Positions 16,371-26,612 of a stretch of DNA of 58,612 nt are shown piece after piece. The position numbers and the translations under genes are program-made. The stretch comes from Candidatus Woesearchaeota archaeon (GTDB lineage Archaea; Nanobdellota; Nanobdellia; Pacearchaeales; GW2011-AR1). Location: assembly GCA_964530945.1 (NCBI GenBank), contig CAZHCJ010000003.1, positions 1 to 58,612 on the forward strand. Reading direction: 5' to 3'. Below the pieces are notes generated by a model that saw only the letters and a program-made list of their open reading frames with translations, was not told where the DNA came from and did no database searches. Within the stretch, counting starts at the first letter, position 1, and every line of letters begins with the position of its first letter.

Positions 16371-18059
16371 ATGTTTGACTCTTTTAACACATGGACTAAG
16401 AGAATTGCTTTAGCAGGTGCTTTGGCTTTGCCCTTTGCAAGCTGTGATAATCCTGTTGAACCTCCTGAGACTGCAGAAGTTTCTTTGGAAGTAAATCTAA
16501 TCGAAGACGTTGATATCGGTTGGAATGTAAGTTTTCAAAATGCTCCTAGCGCTAGATTGAGTGTCCAAAAAAATAGTACTTCTATGCCAGAGTGGGACAA
16601 AAACATTACTTCAACAAATTCAAGTGGGACATTTAATGATGCTGAAAAAGGAAATTACCTCTTGCAAGCATGCGCGACTGGAGAAGACAATCAAGAGATT
16701 TGTAAAATGCGTAGTGTGAATGTCCCAAATTATCTCCCGGAAGCTAATTTTAACGGATTGTCTACAGAGTTGAATGAAGGAAATACGCTTAATGTTAATC
16801 TAGAAGGAAGATTCACAGACAAAAATCCCGAAGATAATAATTCAATCGAAATTCTAAATGTAAGCCCCCTAGATGACAAAACAGAAGCCTCGCTTGACGG
16901 AAGTCTTTTGACGATTATTGGTCAAGGAACACATACCGGACAATACCGCGTTCAGATTCAATACGGAAGTGAATCTGGAGGGATAAACAGTTCTAACCTA
17001 ACAGGGAATATATTGGATTTGGTTAGAATCTCAGGACAACTCCAAGATAACATAACAGATACTGGAAGACAAGGAGAGATAAATATTTACAATGAGGAAA
17101 TATCTCAAAATGGATTCTTAGGAAGAATCCAGGCAGACAACGAAGGGAATTTTGATTTTAAAATAGAAGACCTAGATATAAAAAACAATAATTTGATTCT
17201 TGAAGCTATTGGAAACGGAGATAACTATTATACCCGAACGATTTCGCTTCCTGCACGAGACACCTCTGAATTGATAGTAAGAACACACGGGCTTTCGCGA
17301 GAATTGACAGATGCTGGCGTGAATAGGGAAGATTTTAGAACTTTTGCAGAAGAAATAAATCCCCGTTTTATTAAATGGAATTTAGAAAGACTTCTGCAAA
17401 AAGGGGGAGAGATACTTTATGAAAATCCTTTTGGAGGAGGGAATTTTACATCAGTTCAACAGGATTCCATTGAAAAGGAACTTAGAGAGAATTTGTCTTG
17501 TTACACAGGAAATTACCCAAATATTGGCGATATACCCATACAAAAAGATTCTCTTGGAATGCCTGACTCTCTAAAACATTATACCATCGGAACAAACATA
17601 GAAGGAAATCCTACTTTTGATTTTGAAGAAGACATGTTTTTTGTAACAAGGGATACTACAATAGATAAGACATACAATGCTTCTGCAACTACTTGGAGCA
17701 GACCTGATGGAACAATTCCAAATTTCTTAATAAGACTAAAGATAATTAGAGATGCCACTATTGCACACGAAGAAGGGCATGGATTTATTGCACCCAACAG
17801 AAGTCCTGAAATATTCAAATACCCATTGACTATATTAAAAAATCCTTCTACATACGGTGCCTCTGCATCTCCAGGCCCTGCAGATTGTGAGATGGGTTTT
17901 GTTCTTTACGATTCAACATATTCTCCGAGAGGAGGTGGATTATTCGAAAATCCTCATGACGAAGTCTTAGGCTTAGAATTTGGAAATTTCACTAGAACAG
18001 ATTCTCCCTTAACAGTGTACGCGGGAAATAATGTTTCTTCAACTGCTCCTTCTCAATAA
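16371..18059 (+). CDS. Secreted or lipid-anchored surface protein with a zinc-metalloprotease-like HExxH motif
   Basis: Signal/lipobox-like ALALPFASC. Beta-rich repeats. IAHEEGHGF motif near the C-terminus. Confidence 0.6.
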   Translation: MFDSFNTWTKRIALAGALALPFASCDNPVEPPETAEVSLEVNLIEDVDIGWNVSFQNAPSARLSVQKNSTSMPEWDKNITSTNSSGTFNDAEKGNYLLQACATGEDNQEICKMRSVNVPNYLPEANFNGLSTELNEGNTLNVNLEGRFTDKNPEDNNSIEILNVSPLDDKTEASLDGSLLTIIGQGTHTGQYRVQIQYGSESGGINSSNLTGNILDLVRISGQLQDNITDTGRQGEINIYNEEISQNGFLGRIQADNEGNFDFKIEDLDIKNNNLILEAIGNGDNYYTRTISLPARDTSELIVRTHGLSRELTDAGVNREDFRTFAEEINPRFIKWNLERLLQKGGEILYENPFGGGNFTSVQQDSIEKELRENLSCYTGNYPNIGDIPIQKDSLGMPDSLKHYTIGTNIEGNPTFDFEEDMFFVTRDTTIDKTYNASATTWSRPDGTIPNFLIRLKIIRDATIAHEEGHGFIAPNRSPEIFKYPLTILKNPSTYGASASPGPADCEMGFVLYDSTYSPRGGGLFENPHDEVLGLEFGNFTRTDSPLTVYAGNNVSSTAPSQ

Positions 18060-18094
18060 ACGCATTATAAATCTTATAGTGCACCCTCAAAAAG

Positions 18095-18102
18095 TTTATA
18101 AA
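18095..18102 (+). promoter_or_regulatory. TATA box (TTTATAAA) about 30 nt upstream of the 18132 ATG
   Basis: Motif and spacing. Confidence 0.45.
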
Positions 18103-18131
18103 ACACGTTTACATAATTTGTTTAAGAAAAA

Positions 18132-21100
18132 ATGGGTTTTGAAAAAAGAGGGTTGGCAAAAGCAACAACAATATTTGTTCTTGCCATAGTTTTCGCGTCC
18201 GTATTACTAGTAAGTTTAAATTTTGTTTCTCCTGCTCTTGACAGCTCTGATGAGGACGTTGCAGAATGTAATGACGGGATAGATAATGATAACAATGGGT
18301 GTTATGATTATCCTCTTGACCCTGGGTGTAGTAGTTCAAGTGATACTTCTGAATCTGGTGGCACATGTCCTGTATGTAGTAACGATGTCGACGATGATTC
18401 CGATGGATTAATAGATTATCCTAATGACCCTGGATGTAGTGGATGGAGCGATAATGATGAATACAATCCTCCTTGCGGAGATAATATATGTAATGGAGAT
18501 GAAACTTGTAACACCTGTCCTGGAGATTGTGGAAGCTGTGAAAGCCCTCCTGGTTGCGGAAATGGAATATTAGAAGAGAATATAGGTGAAGAATGTGATG
18601 AGGGGGATGAGAATGATGATGGAGGTAGTTGTACTCTTGATTGTAAATTAACATATTGCGGAGATGGAGTACTTCAAACCATAAATGGAGAAGGGATTCG
18701 TGAGCAGTGTGATGATGGGAATACTAATGATGGAGATGGTTGTGATTCTAATTGTCAGTTAGAAGATGCTGAAAGCAAACCAGAGTGTGCTGATGGAATA
18801 GATAACGATGGAGATGGGGATGTCGATCTAAATGACGGAGGGTGTAGTGGCTCCACCGATAACGATGAAACGAATTGTGGAGATGGGGAATGTGAAGGTG
18901 GAGAAAACACCAATTCGTGTCCAACAGATTGTGAAAATCCTGAAACAGAAAACAACCCTCCTCAATTATACCTCAATCTTGACACTAATCCTCCTATATA
19001 TGTAAATGAGGGAGATTATTATAGTGGTGATTTCAATGCTTATGACCCCGATGGAGATACTCTTAGTTATAGTTGGGTCAATAAACCTAGCTGGATAGGA
19101 TGGACAGACAAGAATAAAGGACAGTATGGTGGAACTGCCCCTAGCGTTACTCAAGATACGGAATATCTCGTAAAAGTAAAGGTTTCTGATGGCAATGGGG
19201 GAGAGGATACTGGCCAGTATGATTTAATAGTTGTGGACACAGATGTTCCTAATTCTCGCCCAAACATACAAGAGATAAATGACCACACAAGAGATGAAGG
19301 TAGTTATAGTTACAGTCTTGCAGTTACTGATAATGATGATGGGGACGTAGAAGGTATAACTCTCTCTTGGGATGATAATCCATATGGATTAAGCATCAAA
19401 GATGAAGGATATGATATTAATGACAATCTCCATTATTTTAAATTGGAAGGCACCATTAGCGTTAATTCGGATCAAACCAAATCTGTCCAAATTAGAGCTA
19501 GTGATGGGAAAGATATTGATACAGAAAAATTTGATTTAACTATTAGGAATGTAGACTCATGTACCCCTACAGAAAGCCCTGAAAGCAGTTGTTTTGATGG
19601 AACAGATAATGATTGTGATGAGGCGGCAGATTGTGCAGATAGTGATTGTCAAGGAGGTTCAGAAAATAATTGTGGAGATGGGAAAGATAATGATTGTGAT
19701 GGATTGATTGATGATGCAGACTCTGATTGTGATGAGGGGCTTTTCTGTGGAGATGGAGTTTGCAATAATGGTGAGACTTGTGACACTTGTTCTAAAGATT
19801 GCGGGACATGTGATCCACCAGAAACCGAGCTTTTCTGTGGAGATGGAGTTTGCAATAATGGTGAGACTTGTGACACTTGTTCTAAAGATTGCGGGACATG
19901 TGATCCACCAGAAACCGAGACTTGCCCAGACGGAGTTTGTTATAAAGAAAATCATGATACATGTTCCCAAGATTGTGTCTCAGGAACATATTGTGGAGAT
20001 GGAGAACGTCAAGCTGCGAATCATGGAGGAAATGATCAAGGTCAAAATGAGCAATGTGATGACGGTAATTGGGTTGATGGAGATGGATGTGACTCTTATT
20101 GTAAGGTAGAAGATTGCTACCGTTGTGGTGGGGATTCTAGCGACCCTGATTATTGTGTTTATGATGAGGCAAAATGTAGTGATGGAGGTGACGATTCTTC
20201 TCCTCAAATAACTTCTTCACTTGATACTTCAAATAATGAAAATTGGGCATATGAAAATTATTATTGGGAATATGATGTTCAGTCAACAGGGGGTGGAATA
20301 ACATACACGATGCAATCTGAATGGACCTGGATAAGCATAGATTCTGGCAGTGGTTTGATTTCAGGGACTGCTCCTGAGGTTAGTGGGCACAGTAACAAAG
20401 AGGTCATGGTTACCGCGACAAACTCGTTGGGAAGCGATACTCAAACTTTCAATTTAATTGTAAGAAATGAAGAACCGGAGGACAATGGGACGACTTCTTG
20501 TACTCCTAGTTCAACTCCTTTCATTAGCGACCCTGGAACGCATCGTGTTAACGAATTAGAATGGTATTATTATGATATAAGCCAAGACACCAGTGGAGGA
20601 TGTATTACTTATAGTCTAACCCAAATTCCTGATTGGAGTAGCAGAGGAGGAATAGACCCTACAATTGATTCAACCGATGGAGCAATTACTGGAAAAGCGA
20701 AAGAGGTTAGTGGGCATAGTAGTGATTACATAAACATTACCGCGACAAATGACTTAGGTTCTTATGAGAGGCAATACAGAATTGTTGTGAGAAATGTTGA
20801 AGAAGGTGAAACGAGCTATGCTTGTAGTGATGGAGAGGATAACGATGGAGATGGTTTAATTGACTATCCCAATGACCCTGGATGCACTAGTGAAACAGAT
20901 AATGACGAGTTTAATGTTGGAACGGAAGGAACTGCTTGCGATTTAACAGATGCATACTGGAGTCTTGATGGTAGCAGCGAATTGGTTGAAAATGACAACC
21001 CAGTCTTGAACCAACAAAATGTGTATCTTGTTGTTGAAGGCACCACAGAATGTAATGGAGAAAGTATTAACTTCGACATTTATGAGGATGACACTGTAGG

Positions 21101-21776
21101 AGATGATTATATCTCTAGTGTTGGTGGGACGTTTGAATCTGGAAGTTTGGCAGTAGTATGGCAAACACAGCATGTAGATGATTCTGGATACCCTGAATAT
21201 TACTTCAATGCAGAAGTCGTGGGAAGTGACCCATTGGAAGAAATCAATAGCCAAGACCAAGGAAGTGTTTTATTAGAAGTGGACGAGAGAACAATGAGCC
21301 AGTGGTGTGTTGACAATTCAATAAACATTTGCTCTGCATACTCTACAGAAGAACAATGTGAAAATGATGCCGAATGGTGTAATGTTGCAAGCAATTCAAA
21401 CAATATAGATTATGACCCTGATGCAGATGATTATGAGTGTGAATGGAGTTCTACTGAAAGCACTTGTGAATTCGTAAACATTTATGATGGAACAGGCACA
21501 GGAGGAGATGGCTCTGTTGGAAGATGTATATATCATTACGAAGATACGGGAGATACGTGTGACGATGACGGTTTCTTAGATGTTACATATACGACAACAT
21601 GGGAAAGTTCAGAAGGAGACCCACGTCCAAGTAGTTGCCCTGTGAGTGGGGGAGAATCTTACGAGTGTCCAGCACAAATACCCTTACCCTTCTTCAATAT
21701 GATTAATTTCATAATAGCAGGATTGCTTATAGCGTTGGTTTATTTAGGAAGAGATTTAATTGAGCACCGAAGATAA
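18132..21776 (+). CDS. Giant Cys/Asp-rich surface protein (1214 aa) with metal-binding-type C-x-DG-x-DND repeats, Myxococcus-type Cys-rich repeats, cadherin/He_PIG-like Ig domains and a C-terminal TM anchor
   Basis: N-terminal TM/signal. At least six CxDGxDNDxDGxxDxxDxxC units (e.g. CADGIDNDGDGDVDLNDGGC). CDDGNTNDGDGCDSNC repeats. DPDGDTLSYSW Ig-like modules. C-terminal FIIAGLLIALVYLG. Confidence 0.85.
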   Translation: MGFEKRGLAKATTIFVLAIVFASVLLVSLNFVSPALDSSDEDVAECNDGIDNDNNGCYDYPLDPGCSSSSDTSESGGTCPVCSNDVDDDSDGLIDYPNDPGCSGWSDNDEYNPPCGDNICNGDETCNTCPGDCGSCESPPGCGNGILEENIGEECDEGDENDDGGSCTLDCKLTYCGDGVLQTINGEGIREQCDDGNTNDGDGCDSNCQLEDAESKPECADGIDNDGDGDVDLNDGGCSGSTDNDETNCGDGECEGGENTNSCPTDCENPETENNPPQLYLNLDTNPPIYVNEGDYYSGDFNAYDPDGDTLSYSWVNKPSWIGWTDKNKGQYGGTAPSVTQDTEYLVKVKVSDGNGGEDTGQYDLIVVDTDVPNSRPNIQEINDHTRDEGSYSYSLAVTDNDDGDVEGITLSWDDNPYGLSIKDEGYDINDNLHYFKLEGTISVNSDQTKSVQIRASDGKDIDTEKFDLTIRNVDSCTPTESPESSCFDGTDNDCDEAADCADSDCQGGSENNCGDGKDNDCDGLIDDADSDCDEGLFCGDGVCNNGETCDTCSKDCGTCDPPETELFCGDGVCNNGETCDTCSKDCGTCDPPETETCPDGVCYKENHDTCSQDCVSGTYCGDGERQAANHGGNDQGQNEQCDDGNWVDGDGCDSYCKVEDCYRCGGDSSDPDYCVYDEAKCSDGGDDSSPQITSSLDTSNNENWAYENYYWEYDVQSTGGGITYTMQSEWTWISIDSGSGLISGTAPEVSGHSNKEVMVTATNSLGSDTQTFNLIVRNEEPEDNGTTSCTPSSTPFISDPGTHRVNELEWYYYDISQDTSGGCITYSLTQIPDWSSRGGIDPTIDSTDGAITGKAKEVSGHSSDYINITATNDLGSYERQYRIVVRNVEEGETSYACSDGEDNDGDGLIDYPNDPGCTSETDNDEFNVGTEGTACDLTDAYWSLDGSSELVENDNPVLNQQNVYLVVEGTTECNGESINFDIYEDDTVGDDYISSVGGTFESGSLAVVWQTQHVDDSGYPEYYFNAEVVGSDPLEEINSQDQGSVLLEVDERTMSQWCVDNSINICSAYSTEEQCENDAEWCNVASNSNNIDYDPDADDYECEWSSTESTCEFVNIYDGTGTGGDGSVGRCIYHYEDTGDTCDDDGFLDVTYTTTWESSEGDPRPSSCPVSGGESYECPAQIPLPFFNMINFIIAGLLIALVYLGRDLIEHRR
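19740..19919 (+). repeat. Perfect 2 x 90-bp in-frame tandem repeat inside the giant surface protein gene
   Basis: Units 19740..19829 and 19830..19919 are identical. Each encodes LFCGDGVCNNGETCDTCSKDCGTCDPPETE. Confidence 0.97.
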
Positions 21777-21791
21777 ATCCGGATAAACAAA

Positions 21792-21799
21792 TTTATAAA
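21792..21799 (+). promoter_or_regulatory. TATA box (TTTATAAA) about 36 nt upstream of the 21835 ATG
   Basis: Motif and spacing. Confidence 0.45.
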
Positions 21800-21834
21800 C
21801 TTATTTTTCTTTTAACATCTATTAGGTTTAAAAG

Positions 21835-24444
21835 ATGGTGGAAAAGAGATGCTTAGTTTTTGCGTTGTTATTAATTTTTAGCGTTAGCTTTGTTTTAGCA
21901 GGATTTGAGATAGATGAGCTAAATCCTTATAGTATAAAAGCGCTTTATGGGCAAAATACCAATATTGAAGGATGGGTAAAAATACAACTAAATGAAGAGC
22001 CTTCCGGATCTTTATTCAGTGATTCTTTTGACAATAATATCAGCCTTGAAAAAGTATTAGAAAGTAATTCTCAATATGAATACACTTGTTCAACCCCTGA
22101 ATGTTCAGATAAATATGTTTCAAGCAATGCTCAAAATACAAAAACATTTTCCCAAGAAGGAGATGTTTTTATAGGATTAAAATTAACCGGAGATGTTGAA
22201 GATGTAGATTCAGTAAGTTTTGATATTTCAAGCAATTCAGGAGCTTCTTGTGGAGATAGTCAATTAATAATAGATATTTTGGATGATGGAGCGATAGAGA
22301 TAATGAATAATCAATCTACTGGGAGTCTTTGCTTATCAACTAAAAATTATGGTTGTTTTAACACTGATTTGCCTAGTGAAGAATGGATTATAAATGATGA
22401 TAAAAATGCTTATTGTGAAAAGATTAATTTGAGCTCTGCCCCTAGTGTGAGTGCTGGGGCGTGGATTAAAAATCAATCAGGAGTTGGAAGTATTGGTGTG
22501 GAACTTTTCAATTCTGAATGGAGTTCAGAAGGATTCTGTAACCTTGCTACAAGCTCTAGTTCGGGAGAAGAAGTCTCTTGTAGCATAGATGCTTTTATTG
22601 AGCAGCCAGGAGAGTATTATGCATGTGTTTTTTCAGATTCATCAAATAACAGCTATAGGATTCAGGGATATAGTTCGGGTGATGACGAATACTGTGGATA
22701 TTATGGTGTTGAAAATCCTGTAAGTGCTAATTATAGAATATTTGTTGTGGAGGAAGAATTTGCACCATTCGGAAGTCAAACTATTAGTAACAATTTCGAA
22801 GGAAATGTCCTTTCTCAAATTGTGGAAGATTACATAAAAGAACGTTATGGTAGCGGCATGGAGTGTGGAACCGAAGGATGCATAGTTCCAATAAAAGCAA
22901 GCTCTTCAGTTTCTCAAAGCTTTTCATTCTCAAATCTTGATTTAACATACACTAGAAAAACCGGAAGTCCAATAGACAACAACTTTTGGGACATATCTAA
23001 AACATCGCCCGAAATAAGCTCTGTGTCTCAACGTCTTTACCTCGATTCATCAGGTTTTAAAGTGCCTAACGAGACGGGAGACTACGACTATTCTTTAAGT
23101 TTAAATGGAGAAGAAATCATCTCTAATGAAAACATAAGCATTAAAGATGCCCCCATAATTAATTCATTAACTCCTTTGATGACGGCGGCTCCTGTTCCTA
23201 CAACATTCAAAGTTGAGGCAAGTGAGGCTTCAGAAAATATAACTAGTTATGAATGGGATTTTGGAGACGATTCAAACAACATCATCACCGAAGAAAACAC
23301 TGTTAGTCATGTTTATTCTTCAGTAGGAAGCTACAACCTCACCTTGAAAGTCGAGGATTCTAGAGGCATCAGCTCATCCAAAACATTTTCAATAGATGTG
23401 GGCCTTCCAGACACATTCATAAACACCGAATTAAATAGATTAAATTTTACTATTGGTAAATTAGAAGAAGATATCTCTCAACTTACACCTTTCCAAAAAC
23501 AAGGAATTAAAACAATATTAGATTTGGATGGTGTAAAATCTCAAATTAATATTCTTCGAGAACAATATGAAAGTGTTGAAAACGATTCGGAATATATTGA
23601 GATTGCAAGTTCTCTTATTGAATTAGGGCTGCCCAATCAAATAATACAAACAAAATCATCAAGTGATTTCATCTTCTTTCCAAAAACAAGCAATGTTAAT
23701 TTGAATGCCATAGAAAGCGCTCACGGGAGTAGTGTTTCGGTCTCAAACGAAGAAGCGTATAGAGATGCAGTAGTTGCATGGCAACAGAACAATTTAATCA
23801 CGAGCATGGGTTTTACAGGGTTTTCGAGCGAGACTAATGGCGATGTGGAACATCTTGTAGACTTTTTTGAGATAGAAGTAAGTGAAAAAACAGCTGTAAG
23901 TTACCCTTATTATTTCATTATCCAAAATCTTGAAAATCTTCAACTGCAAGGAAGTTCAGGGGATGCTGGAAATTATAAATACCAAGATTTAAGAGAGAAT
24001 CAAAGAGTTTCGTTCTATACCACAGAAAACGTTGAATTCACCAATCTGCCCGCATTTATCTCTCCTTCGCTCTCAAGGCTAAATGTGAATGAAGATTTAA
24101 TTGGAGAACATGAAGAGCCTCAAACAACGCTTTGGACGGTTATTGCTTTAATTATTTTATTAATTGTTGCAGGATTTGCATACATCTTTATGAAAGAGTG
24201 GTACAAGCGCAAATACGAAGGCACTTTGTTCAAAGATAGAAATGATTTATACAATATGGTTAATTATGTAAATAATGCAAAAAAGAAAGGTTTGAACGAT
24301 ACAGAAATTCGTAAAAATCTTAAAAAAGCGGGTTGGAATAATGAACGTATAAGATACGTTATGAAAAAGTATGGAGGAAAGAACACTGGAATATTGGAAA
24401 TTCCTGTAGATAAATTAGTGGACAAATTTGGAAAGAAAAAATAA
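21835..24444 (+). CDS. Surface protein with a PKD domain, a C-terminal TM anchor and a Lys-rich cytoplasmic tail
   Basis: Signal peptide LLLIFSVSFVLAG. PKD signature YEWDFGDDS...VSHVYSSVGSYNLTLKVEDSRG. TM helix LWTVIALIILLIVAGFAYIF. Confidence 0.8.
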   Translation: MVEKRCLVFALLLIFSVSFVLAGFEIDELNPYSIKALYGQNTNIEGWVKIQLNEEPSGSLFSDSFDNNISLEKVLESNSQYEYTCSTPECSDKYVSSNAQNTKTFSQEGDVFIGLKLTGDVEDVDSVSFDISSNSGASCGDSQLIIDILDDGAIEIMNNQSTGSLCLSTKNYGCFNTDLPSEEWIINDDKNAYCEKINLSSAPSVSAGAWIKNQSGVGSIGVELFNSEWSSEGFCNLATSSSSGEEVSCSIDAFIEQPGEYYACVFSDSSNNSYRIQGYSSGDDEYCGYYGVENPVSANYRIFVVEEEFAPFGSQTISNNFEGNVLSQIVEDYIKERYGSGMECGTEGCIVPIKASSSVSQSFSFSNLDLTYTRKTGSPIDNNFWDISKTSPEISSVSQRLYLDSSGFKVPNETGDYDYSLSLNGEEIISNENISIKDAPIINSLTPLMTAAPVPTTFKVEASEASENITSYEWDFGDDSNNIITEENTVSHVYSSVGSYNLTLKVEDSRGISSSKTFSIDVGLPDTFINTELNRLNFTIGKLEEDISQLTPFQKQGIKTILDLDGVKSQINILREQYESVENDSEYIEIASSLIELGLPNQIIQTKSSSDFIFFPKTSNVNLNAIESAHGSSVSVSNEEAYRDAVVAWQQNNLITSMGFTGFSSETNGDVEHLVDFFEIEVSEKTAVSYPYYFIIQNLENLQLQGSSGDAGNYKYQDLRENQRVSFYTTENVEFTNLPAFISPSLSRLNVNEDLIGEHEEPQTTLWTVIALIILLIVAGFAYIFMKEWYKRKYEGTLFKDRNDLYNMVNYVNNAKKKGLNDTEIRKNLKKAGWNNERIRYVMKKYGGKNTGILEIPVDKLVDKFGKKK

Positions 24445-24503
24445 CTTTCAAGGTTGTTCAAAAGCACACAAAACTTTATTAAATATAATCTGTAAAATCT
24501 ATT

Positions 24504-25145
24504 ATGGCTAAAAGTTTTAGAGGATTTTTTAAAAGAATATTATCTAATATATTCGGGATTAAAGAAGATTTGAAATTAGGGTTTTACGGCCCTCCAAATG
24601 CGGGTAAAACTAGTTTAGCGAATAGGATTTGTAAGGATTTTACTGGGGAGGAAATAGGAAGCGTGAGCAAGGTCCCTCACGAAACTCGAAGTGTTCAGTT
24701 TAAAGAAAAAGTTCAAATAGAATACAAGGGCAAGACTATGACTTTCAAAATGGTTGATACTCCAGGAATCGCTACTAAAATAGATTATGAAGATTTCTTA
24801 AAATATAAAATAAAGAAAACGGATGCAAAATCTCGTGCCAAGGAGGCAACACAAGGAGTTATCGAAAGCATTAAATGGTTGGATGACATGGATGTTGTTG
24901 TTATAGTTTTAGATTCAACTAAAAACCCTTACAATCAAGTAAATATAACCATAATAGGAAACCTCGTGGCAAGAAAAATCCCGGTTTTGATTGTTGCAAA
25001 CAAAATCGATTTGAAAAAATCCGATGTGAAAAAAATAGAGTCTGCCTTCCCTGAATATGACGTCGTCGGACTTAGTGCTAAGAAAGGTAAAAATCTAGAG
25101 GAATTTTATGAATCCATATTTAAACTTGCAAAAAAAGCGCGCTAA
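24504..25145 (+). CDS. Small GTP-binding protein (Era/EngB-like TRAFAC GTPase)
   Basis: G1 GPPNAGKTS, G3 DTPG, G4 NKID, G5 SAK. Confidence 0.85.
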   Translation: MAKSFRGFFKRILSNIFGIKEDLKLGFYGPPNAGKTSLANRICKDFTGEEIGSVSKVPHETRSVQFKEKVQIEYKGKTMTFKMVDTPGIATKIDYEDFLKYKIKKTDAKSRAKEATQGVIESIKWLDDMDVVVIVLDSTKNPYNQVNITIIGNLVARKIPVLIVANKIDLKKSDVKKIESAFPEYDVVGLSAKKGKNLEEFYESIFKLAKKAR

Positions 25146-25207
25146 GATGAAAAAAGTAAAATTAAAAAGCATGTTTTACAATATATATAATAGAGAATAA
25201 TAGAAAT

Positions 25208-25663
25208 ATGGCTAAGAAAAAATCTAAAAAAAGAGGTAAAAGCGGTTCTAAAAAACGCAAGAAAAAAAGTTTGGGAAAGATAAAAGGTTTTTCTATCCAA
25301 TTTCTTCCGTATGCCGAAATACGAGACTTGAACAGTAATGAAAGGATTAAAAAAGTTCTCGATATTGTTTTAGGAAACAACATATTAATCCTTCAAGGTC
25401 GGCTGAAACCCGAAGAAGAGACTAGGCTTATAGGAGATACGATGGCAATGATTGGTCATGTTAAAGATTTCAAAGGTATTGAGCTTGCAGTCATCGAGAG
25501 TAACGGTAAAAAGGACACTAGTGTCGTCGAAAAGCTAAAAAGAAATATTGCAAACACACTCACAGGGGGAGATCTCGGTGCTGTGACAATTCTTGGACCG
25601 GCAACAGTTGTCAAAGAGATAAAGAAAAATCCTAAGAAAATTGAGTTGTTGTTGAATAAGTAG
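25208..25663 (+). CDS. Conserved archaeal protein that usually follows this GTPase (DUF2073-like, by recall)
   Basis: 151 aa with a Lys-rich N-terminus. Assignment rests on position after the GTPase. No motif verified. Confidence 0.45.
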   Translation: MAKKKSKKRGKSGSKKRKKKSLGKIKGFSIQFLPYAEIRDLNSNERIKKVLDIVLGNNILILQGRLKPEEETRLIGDTMAMIGHVKDFKGIELAVIESNGKKDTSVVEKLKRNIANTLTGGDLGAVTILGPATVVKEIKKNPKKIELLLNK

Positions 25664-25761
25664 ATTTTTCTAACTTTTTGATTGAAAAGAAAAATAGGAT
25701 TACTGCTGAATAGGTGATCAAATGTAACAATTCTTAAAAAGGTGTTTTTATTTACACCCTC

Positions 25762-26568
25762 ATGCCTGAAAACTTTGTTTGTGTGAGTGGTGTTTCTAAT
25801 TTAGAAGAACTTGAAAAAATAGGAACGATTTGTGCAAGAGAACATATCAATTTACCTGTTACAATAGGTTACCAGATTTCGAATAAAAGCATAAATCAAG
25901 GAACGCAAAATTCTCGCCAACCTTTATTTTCTAATCTTGGTAAATTGGTTTACGAAACCCGTCAAAGAGGGATTATTCCTTCAATACATTATTACACTAA
26001 AAATCCTGATACTGTTCTGGGTGATTTGGAAAAGATATCTGAAAGAATTCCTTTAGGGACATTATTGCAGTTTAACACGCTTCCTCTTGATGCAGATACA
26101 TTACAAAAATCAAAAGACATGGGATTTGAGATTATTTTCAAGGTTGCTGTTGCCAATAAGAAAAATCCTGAGGGAGGTTATGCTGTTTGGAAGGGTGAAG
26201 ATGTTATTGATGTTGATTCTGAAAATGTTTCCCCTTTAATAAATCAGATTTTAGAAAGAAAAGATGTTATAGATTACGCTATGTTTGATCCAAGCCATGG
26301 AACAAATCTTGAGTTGGATTTAAATGGAAATAGTTCTGCAATAATTTTCGGAAGAGCGATTGTTTCAAATCAGGAATTAAGTCATTTAGGATTGGTTTAT
26401 GCTGGAGGGATTAAACCAAACAACACAGAAAGAACATTAAAATCTTTGCAAGAATTTATTCCAAGAGAAAGAATAAGTATAGACATTGAAAGCGGTGTAA
26501 GAATAAATAATGAATTAGATATGGGTTTAGTAAGAGAATATTTAAGAGCAGTTCGTTACAATCTTTAA
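25762..26568 (+). CDS. TIM-barrel protein, phosphoribosylanthranilate-isomerase (TrpF)-like
   Basis: FDPSHGTN...and YAGGIKPNN...ISIDIESGVR resemble the TrpF C-terminal phosphate-binding strands. Weak. Confidence 0.4.
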   Translation: MPENFVCVSGVSNLEELEKIGTICAREHINLPVTIGYQISNKSINQGTQNSRQPLFSNLGKLVYETRQRGIIPSIHYYTKNPDTVLGDLEKISERIPLGTLLQFNTLPLDADTLQKSKDMGFEIIFKVAVANKKNPEGGYAVWKGEDVIDVDSENVSPLINQILERKDVIDYAMFDPSHGTNLELDLNGNSSAIIFGRAIVSNQELSHLGLVYAGGIKPNNTERTLKSLQEFIPRERISIDIESGVRINNELDMGLVREYLRAVRYNL

Positions 26569-26612
26569 CCGCTAAAGGCAAAATTTATAATCATTCTTTT
26601 TCTTAATATATT

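Noticed and set aside
18109-21403. Numerous 60-135-aa ORFs on both strands inside the giant surface protein gene (e.g. 19659..19970, 19708..20109, 20943..21260).
   Set aside because: These are shadow frames of a long, compositionally biased, internally repetitive CDS. Several merely mirror the 90-bp tandem repeat.
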